From Antedon mediterranea (lineage: Eukaryota > Animalia > Echinodermata), in NCBI RefSeq assembly GCF_964355755.1, contig NC_092674.1, forward strand, positions 14,136,001 to 14,200,000: a DNA stretch of 64,000 nt. The letters run 5' to 3'. Shown piece by piece: positions 1 through 12,100 of this stretch. A program made the position numbers and the translations under genes. The notes under the pieces are model-generated. The model saw nothing but the letters and a program-made list of their open reading frames with translations, ran no database searches and was not told where the DNA came from. How positions within the stretch are numbered: position 1 is the stretch's first letter; each line of letters starts with the position of its first letter.

Positions 1-113
1 CATAAATTCTAGTAATTAAAGATTTATCTTGAGAATCACATTTAATTTGTCGATTGCAAATTTGGTTTTATTTAATATTATTTTGGCAATCGATTATAAA
101 TTATAATACTTAC

Positions 114-148
114 ATCTTTAGTTTCTGTTGATGTTCCACCTTTAGCAC
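114..148 (-). CDS. Short exon (35 bp, phase 1-0)
   Basis: T-tract + AAG acceptor, GTAAGT donor; encodes [12 protein letters not shown]. Confidence 0.55.
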
Positions 149-3100
149 CTTTTGAAAAAAAAAGCATGTTTATTTCAGTAAGGAAGTAATTAATTTGAAT
201 GCCCACATTTGCTTGGTATTTTTTCCTTTTCAGATATCTGTTTTGTTTTCGGAATTTTACATTAAGTGGGCCATATTGTAATTGCAATATGACACACTAT
301 ACAATATAAAACAACTTATGATTTTGACTAATTTCATATACAATTGTTATAATAAATATTGTAATAATAAGTAATAAGTAGTGTAATACGCTAAAAGCTA
401 GTAAAGCATACACAAGAGCACAAATAAAACGTAGCCTACATGATGTCTATTTTATTTAAACTGTCGTAAGAAGCATTTATTTCAATTCCTTTGTCTTACC
501 CTCTTAAAAAATAACATTGTTTTGACAGAAAACTACAAATAAACATGTCTATGATTACCTATATCCATTTATTATAACATTATAAATTATCAATATTTAG
601 GTCTTGTGTGCATGAAAACAATTATTCTTAAATCATAATAAAATCATTTTTCCGATTTACAGAGAGTGAAAGAAATACACTCGTATCCATGACTACTACC
701 CCTTCTCCCTCTATACTTCCTCTACACTATAAACATACGTTATGTTATGTGTCTAGCTAGACAGAGTAGCGTGCGAGAATCCGCTGAGAAATAACACTTT
801 GTTAGATAAAAATTAAAAATTTGTGACGTCACTTTGTCTCTTATCTTATTTTTTTTAAAGGAAAAAAAACAACAAAGACGATGGAAATCAGGCTTCTTAG
901 TTTGGGTGTATTAGCCCAACTAGATGAACATACAATGGTTAGCACAAAAAAAAACATCTTTTCTTCCGGCATCTCCATTTAAAATGTAAAACTTGACACG
1001 TAAACCTAAGCCTAAGCCTAAACAACGTTTAGGCTTACCATTGTTAAATAATTATTATTAATAAGAGTCCAAAGGAATTTATTCACTCACCTTTGATGAC
1101 CTAATATATCTATGTGATGAATTTAGAAATAAATAGTCTACTAGGTTATTAAGTAAAAGCAAAGATTAAACCTTGTGTACAAAATATAATAAAATAATTT
1201 ACCACTGTTGGAAGTCGTTGTTTTAGTAACGGTCTAAAAGAAATAAATTACAATTATTAATAAGCAGGTTAATGTGAATAGTATTATTATTTTACCTAAT
1301 TTATATATATTGTGCATTGTTTCTAAAATCATGTGACTACGTCATAAAACTAGATTACTTTAATCTTAAATAGAATCAGGTCTAACTTTATTATGTATGC
1401 GCATACAATATAACGTCGTTTTATATAATATGTAAAGAGTGTGTATTTAACTAAACATTGTACAATATTAATGTGATCATCTTCTTACACTGTTATGATT
1501 CAATAATCATTATACATTATTTTGTAAGGTTGTGAATATTATATAAATATAGAGCTAAAAAAGAGAAAACATATTCAGACAATGTTAAATTGAAGCAAAA
1601 CGGTTTAAAATATATTTACCTTTTGAGAGGAAACTTTTCGTATCATACCACGTACTTTTCTCGCGAACCAAAATGTTTCTTTAGACTTCGGATGCACCAC
1701 CTCCTCTTGATGTGGCTCGTTCATTGTTGTTTTGATCTATGTGGTGCAGTTGAAAAAGAATATTGTATTTTATTAAGTTTGTATTATTCTTTTATTACTA
1801 TGCGTAACTAATGAATTGAAAAATCAGTGGCTATCAAAGATGATCAATTTCATCCGGCCTCTAGTATGTTCCAGTTGATGCGGAGCGGTCGGCGATTTCG
1901 TTCTATTAAGGCCAATAAGGCACCATTTAAAAATAGTTCCTTTCCAGGAGCTATTAGAGCATTAAACATCATGTAGACACTTTTTGTAATGTTTTTGTTT
2001 TGAGTTCGTGTTGTGTCCGTTGGATATTGTGCTCCACCAAAAGAGCAAACAGATTCTCTATGTTTTTTTCTTAAAACAAATGACAATAAATGATACTTGA
2101 CTTGACTTAAACTTAATGCCATAACATAACCTATAGTCCAATGTATAACATGCTTAACACATGTACTAGTTTTATAATATTGTCTTTATCCGGTATGTGT
2201 TTGATATGATTGCATTACATTGCTCAGTGCTTCAATAGAAAGTAAATTCAATTTTTTAAGACCGTATTATCAATTTAAAGAAAGGGTCATGTGAGGTGGG
2301 TTTACAGTACATTGATGTAGGCCAAAGTATAATGTGATGCTTGTTTGATGGCTTGTAATTAATAAGTAAAAATATCATTATTTCTATTATTGTACGTACG
2401 TTTTCACACGAGGCGGGAGACGCCAGCTCTTCTACTTCAACATCTTCTTTACCTTCTATTCTTTTGTTGATATTTTCTTCAGCAAGTTTTCGATACAATG
2501 AGTTTGGGTTATCTATAAATCAGTAAATGTATTGTCTATAATAGAGTGAAGAAGCCTTCGGTTTCTGTATTAGGCCTGAGCTGAATTGAACGATTTTTTA
2601 GCATTAAGGGCCAATGTTATAGTATAGCCCAATATGCTCAGTTTACAAGCTAACTATAAAGGAAAATTATTTCAAGAAGAGCATAATTGATTTAATAAAT
2701 CTAAGCAGAACTTCGATGCACGTCAAAGTGGGCACCAGATTATTTACACATCAGAGCTATGTATTGAAATTATGGCTGTGCAACCCATGAATTGAGTAAT
2801 GTGATTGGTAACATAATTTTGTAAAATTATTATCTGATTATTATCTGATGATTATTCTGACGGTTTGTCAATAAGAAGAACGGATACAAACAGACACATT
2901 CTTAGAAGTGTGGTCGATAAATAGTATACAATTCCTGATTCAAAACGATATTGTTTTATCGACATATGATAAACACCATCGCAATTTCTGCGACAAGTAC
3001 GTGCATTTATTAACTTGGTTATTCGTATAAAAACGTGTTAAGGGGACTTATGGTAAACGAAATTGCTTTAATATAGGACAGAATGGTATTATTTATTCAA

Positions 3101-6100
3101 GTAAATTGAATACTGTGAACAGTAAATATATAATTCAGAAAAAATGAATTGATTTCCAATCCAATCTATTTCAATACAATACTTGTTCATTTTGTGATGA
3201 ATGGTCTATTATGATGAATGAAACGATGGTGAAAACGTTGTTATTTATTTTTACCACTTTCGTCATTCTCGTCCCATTTGTTTAATTCTGCGTTTGTTTC
3301 TATAGTTTTAATAACAGCCACTCCGTCTGTTATTTCATGATTGACGTTAAATCTGAAATTTAATAATTTAAAAAAACTATATATACACAAAAACAATATT
3401 GAACCAAAATAATATGAATTAAACGCACAGAATAAAAAAAAACACATGCTTTCTTTTAGAGCTATGTTTGTGTTCCCTAATGATATAAGAAACGAGAAAT
3501 TAATTTATTGATATCTTTAGATTCGTTTGTCTCTCCCAGTCTATAGTGAGACATCAACAACATATTATATAAGTGACATTGAACGCCAAGAATTACATTT
3601 ATATATATGCCTACATATACTCATATTATGAAGTTTATTGTGCACAGTAATTATTTGATTTTGTCACATATGAAAAAAACATAATATTAATTTAGTATAC
3701 ATTTTACTTTATGAATTGTTGACATACATTATATTCTGGAGTGCATGTTGTGTGCATTGATTTTGGTTTTAATTTAATGTAAATATACTTTTCTGAAATC
3801 GTCTACTTACTATACTTACTAGACGTAACAACAAAGCGGGCATACTATTTAGTATTGACAAGTACTCCAAATTAAAATATGGAAATTTATTATAAATACA
3901 ATAATACTAATTGTTGGTAAATATTATTGTATTTTTAAAATATAACATAAATAATAAACACTGTGCTTATAAACAGAATATTTATTTTTTTTATATTATA
4001 TGTAAGCTTATGAAAACTATTACTATTATGTTTGTGCTATTATGCTTAACTATCTACTTACTCCTTTCCAAGACAAGCATTTACTAAACAGGTTTTACCC
4101 ACACCTTCCTGTCCAATTACTTTAAGAATTCCAAGATTCACTTCAATTTTACCCTCTGTTAATGCTTCAATGTAAGTCTTCTCTACAAGCTTACCACGCG
4201 CAGTAATCACATATGGAATATCTAGATCAGTTAATTATTATGTAATTTAATACAATGAACAGTTAAAATGAGTATTAATGTTTTTGAGTAAATACATTAC
4301 ATTAAACTCATTCAAAGATGTCTCATTATTATAATGTATATTGATTCGGATTTATAAGAAGTAGCATAGATGATTTACACTCAAATCAATCGTCTTCGAA
4401 GTTGTAATGTGTTTGTAGCCTAATGATTGCATTACATGGTAAAACAATTAACGTAATAATGTGATTTGATGAAATACGATTAATCATTAGAATTTATAAA
4501 AGCAATACAGTAGTTTTTATTTAAAGACCAAATACATTATACGCATATAAGCGTATGAAATAGTGAAAAAAAGAAATGAAAAACACTAATTCAAATAACA
4601 ATATTCTTCCTTAAAATTCTATTGTATGGAACAATTATTCATACCTGGCGTTTCAATATCTATGTCGGGCAATGGTCCACCTAAAACAAAGTTAGAATAT
4701 ATGTGTAAATAAAAGTACATGAAGCAAAATGCGAAATTGTAAGAGATAGTGTAAAAACCTCAGACCTCACTCACAACATACTGGTGTAACATGGGCTTTA
4801 AGTGCAGCGTTGGAACCAGTTATTCCGTGTGACATCATAGAGGCATCGCCCATCTCCAACAAAATGTCCACTAAAAATGGTTTTGTTTAAAATGGCTGAT
4901 TTTTATATTTTTTTCATATTGATTTGTTTCCTGTAAAGCGGGCTATAAGCCTAAATGTGATAAAAAATATTATTTATAATTATTTTCTTAAACTCAAAGC
5001 CCACAGTATAAAATACACAGTAGGTAGTTAGATATAAGAAATACAAACATAGATTAAAGATCACGGTCCTGTTCATGGTTGAAAGGTGTTTTTATTGTTT
5101 GATTTTGATATTATATTTTTTCATATTGCACAGTTTTTTTGTTTTTTTTTATTACGGAATAAAAAAAATGTTTTTGTAGAATGTGCAAGTTATTTGTATT
5201 ATTGTCATAGTTTTGATTATCTATCTGTCATATTATATGTGTATAGGCCTGTTTTGTTATTGTTATTATTAAAACAATAATTAAAAATATCTCAAACTTT
5301 ATTGATTTAATTTGATTCTATTAATAATGTTAAAGAATATAATGTGAGTATCGAGTCAAGAAACTTGTATTAATAATAAGCATTGGTTGAGAATTTATTT
5401 ACATTGTTATTTTTTTTTTAAATATCTAAAACTTTATTTCTTAAATAATTCCAATTCTATTAATAAAATGTAAAAGAATATAATGTGATTTTAAAGAACA
5501 ACAATCATTGGCTGAGAATTTACTTATATTGTTATTTATTTTACTTAAAAAAATAAACAAGTAAAAACAAGACAATGTGAAACATTACAAACTAAACCTA
5601 TTTTAGATAATAAGTGGTTTTCCATTTAAGTTTGTGTTATATTTAAGCTGGACATACCTACATTGTTTCAAGATTAGTTGTCAGCTGATTTACACATGTT
5701 TACAGCCTACCTGTTAGCCTACTTTGTTATAAACTCACCTTTCAATATGTCAATTATCTCGGCTTTTTGACCTGTCCTTAATTCGTTGTCATATTTCTTA
5801 CACGCATTTTCATTGTACAAATCTATTACAGATTTGCCATACTGTGTAAAAATGAATATGTTATGTAAAAGAATTCATTTTATTTTTTTTAAACTATTTT
5901 TTTTACATTATTAATCAAAATAGGAATCGAGTCATACTGATACTGATTCTAATGTATTCTAAAAAACAGAAGATCACGTCCTGTAATAAATGTCGCCACG
6001 TTTTGTTACATCTTATATAAATATATGATACGGCTTTACCACGTTGAAACACCGGTTCTCGTCAGATCACCGAAGTTAAGCAACGTTGGGCCTGGTTAGA

Positions 6101-9100
6101 GCTTGGATGGGAGACCATCTGGGAATGTGCTTTAAAAAAAACAGTCCTGGCTTTGTTTGTATCAAAACTGTTAGTGGCGTAATTATCGCTGTTGGTTTCG
6201 ATTGAATAAAATAAAATAAATTGAAAAAAAAATTAAAAAATTAAAAAATAAAAAATAATTTTCAATCGATTATACAAATTATTATGACAATTTTTAATAT
6301 TGTAAATTAGGGCCTATTGTTATTATTTTTATATTCGTAATTTATTTGGATTAATTATTACATTAGGCCTCCATATAACAAAAACTGTATACACAATTTA
6401 ACAAAAACAAATTGTCATTTTACTATTACGTAACGTTATTTGATTTGACATTAAACCAACCTTATCTTCTTTTGAAACGTAAGATTTACCAGAACATTCC
6501 TTCATTAGATACACAATGATGGCTATGTGTTCGCTGTACGTGAGATCTTGTGTTACACATAAATGCAGAAGTGTGCGTTTGTTCTAGTAAATAATATATT
6601 ATATTTTGTATAAAATATAAGTTTGATCTATATTAATGATTAAAATAAGTAACTTGTATCTTTGTCACATTAATAACACACCATGACGTCAAATATGTGT
6701 TGTTGTCGATTTCCTCCTGCTGTGAACGCAGTACGTTTTTAGCAGGAATTATTAAAAAAGTGTAGATAGATCTTTCTTTAGATATTTATATTCATAATGT
6801 TTACATGATTAATGTGATAAACACCATTACCTGTCTACTCAATGTACCCCTTTCTGTTCATACAACTGTAGGCCTTCGGTTTTTTAAATTCACTATCAGA
6901 TTGCAATCAACACATGGCTCATTTGCCTGTTGTAGAGTACCTATTGAGAAGACGCGTGCTACTCTTGTACTAACATAGCGATTGGGGTGAACCACGTCTG
7001 GTTTATGTACCTTGTTATAAATTGTCACGCTGTTTTCTTATGTACCGGTATGGTAGGCGCTGTATCGCATACTATGTAAAGCCTGGTTTCCTGTCGACGT
7101 AAGAGCATCACTTTTGTTGCGACTACGTCGATTTGTCGTAAGAAATGCGGATTTTACAGGAAACCGATTACGATCGAAAATTTATAAAATCGACGCAACC
7201 TAAGAAAAATGGTAACGACAAACGATTTTACAGGAAACCGATGACCTAACAATTGTTGCGTTACAACGTTTACTTTCCGATTTTACAGGAAACCGGGATT
7301 TTTTATCTTAAGCCTGGTTTCCTGTCGACGTAAGAACATCACTTTTGTTGCGACTACGTCGATTTGTCGTAAGAAATGCGGATTTTACAGGAAACCTATT
7401 ACGATCGAAAATTTATAAAATCGATGCAACGTAAGAAAAATGGTAAGGACAAACGATTTTACAGGAAACCGATGACCTACAATTGTTGCGTTACGACGTT
7501 TTCTTCCGATTTTACAGGAAACCGGAATTTTTTATCTTACGCTTGAATGAACGCTCTTGCGTCACGTTTCTTACGTCTCTTACGAAAGTTGACTTGAAGT
7601 CAACTTTCGCAAGAGACGTAAGCGCAATCGTAACAATGTTTAACGCGAATTCAAATTGCTTTACCAACAGCAATACAACTTACTATTTATTTGATTTTAC
7701 AACGATTACAAACATAGTCCAACATCGTTACATGCGTTCTTACGGTAAAGGTTCCTTAGAAATAATATTGCATTATAATCGATGTCTTCAGCCGTTTTTC
7801 ATACAGTACGATGAAGTTTGCTGTTAAAAAAAGCGATACTGCATGCAGCTGTTCATGATATGATAGCGTAGGCCTACATGTATCGAGTGATACAGTATCA
7901 TTATTATTGCATTTGTTATGTTCTGAAACACGCAGAGATTAGGCTTGTATTTAGACACTGAGCTTTACAACTTATTTTTTGTCTTAAACTTAAAGAAACA
8001 TCTTTTCAAGCTTCTGTTGCATTCGTTACAATAAACCTCAGTAAGATGCATTCTCACTTCGTACATGCAATATTTAGATTTTATAGTTTATTAGATCGGC
8101 TTTAGCTAGGTGCCACCCGGAAAGAACACTAATGATACAATGTTTTCTTAGGTCCTTAAATGTGTATGAACAGAAAGGTTACAGGTAAACGCACATTTTG
8201 GGGTGGGTTGGGGTGATTATCCAAAATGAAGGGCAAAATAGTAAAAAAAAAATACATTGTTGTCAGTAAGTACTGCCTTGAAACAGAAATGAGACCATTA
8301 ATATGATCACATACCATATATGGACTACCATCCCGCACATTTGCATAACGATACCATGTTTAAATTTAGTATGTGACCACCATTGAAGCAAAATTAAACG
8401 AAGTGGTTTGTAAAACACATATGACACTAAATATTACCGTATTGTGTAAATGACTTACGTCGTTTAAATGATTTACGTCTGCTCCAACTTTGATGAGATA
8501 CGTACATGTACGCACGTGACCCATATCTGCAGCACACATAAGAGGTGTATTCCCGTCCTGAAAACAAGTTTATAATACTTCATACAAAATATTACAGGTT
8601 GCTGGTAGAAGATGCAATACTGCGATTTACACGCGATTCGCAGATAATTACCATAATAAGCACAGTTGTATTCTTATATGTTATATGCCTAATCTTGTCT
8701 AGCTTTGCTAACGATTACCGGGAATAGTGGAGATATACATAATTAAACTGAATATTTAAAATGTAAAAACATTGCTTAAGATACGTTAGCGCAAAGGCTG
8801 TTTATGTTATTTATATTTAGCTAGCTTATAATGATGCATAACTTTAGTTAGAAATATAAATACAATAAAAAACATGAAAGACATGAAGCACTCGGGAATT
8901 ACCAATCGTGATCTTAGAAATGATATGAATACTGTCTCTATGATGATATTTGAAGTAATCTTTTCTTTTCTTTAATTCTATGGATTTTAACACACGGAGT
9001 GACGTCTCTACAATCAAACACTTTACCTGATCAAACAAGTAAAATTATTTGCCAAAAAGACTACTAAGAAAATAGAAACTATTACTGATCAATGATCGGA

Positions 9101-12100
9101 GTAGGTTTGTTTATTTTGCAGAAACCAGATATCATTTAATTTGCATCAGCTTAAAATTATTGTTTACTTGACAAAAATTACCATATGAACAATATCATCT
9201 TGGAAGTAGCCGAATTAATTGTTTTATAATCAAATGCGCAATCGTTTTGTGTTCTGGCGGCTAAATTCCTGGAACATTAATTATAGGCGCTGTTTTTGTG
9301 ACGGATTGATATCAATTCTACTCCAGGCCACTGGATCACTTACTAATAATAATGTATTCCAATTAATCATGTGTTTGTCATAACTTTGAACTTTGATTGT
9401 ACTGGTTGGAATATTTGATCAGTATTAATTAGTCATTTCTAGCCTTCAATCCATTAGTTACACTGGAAACTCCTGATCCCAAGGATGCGATGTAATTCCA
9501 CTCAACAATGTTGAATAGCAAGAGAGGAGTCATTGGTCGTCTAATTCACTTGCTATTGTTGGTCTTTTTAACAACATTTTTGATTTTGACGAGGTAACAT
9601 TTACTGTATAGTCAGAGTGCCAATATAAGTATTATTGTTTCAGATTTTATTATTAAATTTTATATGGTTTCATCAAAACCAACAGCAACGAAAGTTTCCA
9701 CTTAAATGTATGAAACAGAAAACAGATACAATAATACTATATATGAAGCAAACAAATTAGTCTATTGAGCACGATTATTTAAAAAAAGAATACACTGAGT
9801 CTTGAATGAAGAATTTACATTTGACTCACTTAAATAGTTATACAAGGAAGGCAAGCGTGTCTGAAACCCCCTTTTCGAGACATTTAATCTATTAAAGGGA
9901 ACATAAAAAGTGGACTGGACTCTGGTTTTACGAGGAAGAGCATGTAAACTGAAAAGAGAGCAACAGTCGCAACAATTGACACTCTTATAAAGAAACATTA
10001 AATCACACTACTTCTTCCAAACTTAAGAGCTTAAAGACAATTAACAACATCAAAACGTTTACAAGGAAGCCTAACAAACTTATTTTGAACACGTTTGAGC
10101 CCTGTGGCATGAATATCAGAAATTGAATTAAAAATAACAAAGGATTATTCTAAATAAGGTTTAACAAGCGTTTTGAAGAAATTAACAAGGGGTTTGGGGT
10201 AGCTTCGTTTCGTTTATTTATTTTTTCCACTCACTTATATATATATATATATATCATTTACATTTACATAACATATATTAAATGTGGGTGGATGGAAGTC
10301 ACAGTAAGTTCACTGAACTTTAAGTCGTGACTCCCGTATGCCTAAGTATACTAACATTGCTACAGAGTAGACTAAAATATGAATATATAATAGTGAAAGT
10401 ACATAAAATAGAGAAATAAAAAAAATTTTAAATTATAGAAGTTAAGATAAACCAGGCAATTATATAATATATGATAAAAGGGATAATGATAACAATTAGA
10501 GTACAATATGAAATATAATTAAATATGGTATAATAACAAGTATAACGATACAATGTAGCGGAGATTATTGAATACCAGGGTGAAGGATTTAATGCCATGT
10601 ATCACCACCAAATAAATAAGGATAAAAGATCGGCGAAAAATTATGTAGCATATTCTGACACCATTTTGTGTTTGAAATTAGATTTAAAACTAGAAAAGGA
10701 AGATTTCTGTTTAAGTTCATTTGAGAGTGAAGTCCAAAGTTTGGGACCAAAATAATACATAGAAAATCGTCGAGCCTTAACATTTAAATTATCAAGGATA
10801 TAATTGTTAACAGAGGATCGGGTTTTATAGGAATGGCGTTCGTCAATTCTTGTAAATAAAGCATTAAAATGTGAAGGCAGTAAATTGTTAGATAAACGGT
10901 ACATAAATGAGGCAACTTGTAATTTATTTAAATCATAGATGTTTAAAACGTTAAATCTTTTAAAAAGTAATTTTGTATGGGCTCTAAATGATTCTCCCGC
11001 GCAAATCCGAAGTGCACGTTTTTGTAGTTTAAAAAGGCGGTCAATTTGAGTTTTCTCTAGACTTGTCCAGGGGCATAACGTACTAAATTTATCTAGAGTA
11101 ATTGCCCAACATAAATTGGCATAAGAAAGGTAAGGCAAAACTAAAGTATTATAAAGGGTTAATAAGGTTTTTTGAGGGAAGATATGTTTTAATTTGTTCA
11201 ATATTCTAACATTTCTAGAAACTAGATTACTGATTTTATTTATATGTAGTTTCCAAGTCAGAGAGGCATCTATGGTTACTCCTAAAAATTGTGTTTCATT
11301 AACTCGTTTGGTCATTTTATTATCAATGTATATTTGTTCATTTAAAGAATTTGAAATTTTACGTTTAGAAAATATTATATAGTTCGTTTTGAATGTATTA
11401 AGAGTTAATTTATTGTGTTTGAGCCAATTTGAAACTTTAAGTAACTCATCATTGACAATTTTAAACAAGGTATTTAATTTAGGATGAGAGAAAAAAATAT
11501 TTGTGTCGTCAGCAAATAAGATAACATTTAGTAATTTAGAGCTGTTTGGTATATCATTAACAAAAATCAGGAATAAGAGTGGTCCAAGAATCGATCCTTG
11601 GGGAACACCACAGGTTAAACGGGAATAGGAAGAGTTAAAATTATTTAAGGAAGTAAACTGAACCCGATTGGAAAGGTAGCTTTTAATTAGTTTTAAAGGA
11701 AGGCCTCTGATACCGTAATTTGAAAGTTTATGAATTAAAATATCGTGGTTAATAGTATCGAAGGCCTTAGATAAATCAAGGAAAATGCCAACAGAAAACT
11801 CATTTTTACTCAGGGCAATTGTAATTTTGTCAAAAATATCTAATAAAGCAAGATCTGTTGAATACTTTTTCCTGAAACCATATTGGCCTTTAAATAAAAT
11901 GTTATGTTTAGTTAAAAAGGAAGAAATTCGATTATGCATTATTTTTTCAATTAATTTTGAGAAACAAGGAAGTAGGGAGATTGGTCTGTAGTTATTGAAA
12001 TGATGAGGATCTTCTTTCTTGTAGATAGGGATGACTTTAGCTATTTTAAAAGAATCAGGAAAAATACCGGTTTGAAAAGAAGTATTAAAAATGTGAGTTA

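Noticed and set aside
6029-6130. Functional 5S rRNA gene
   Set aside because: Terminal stem and 3' end are decayed, the copy is solitary, and a retroposon-like tail follows.
6885-6975. Plus-strand ankyrin-like peptide (HLPVVEYLL)
   Set aside because: It needs several frameshifts, has no convincing splice sites and is on the opposite strand; it may be chance or a very old relic.
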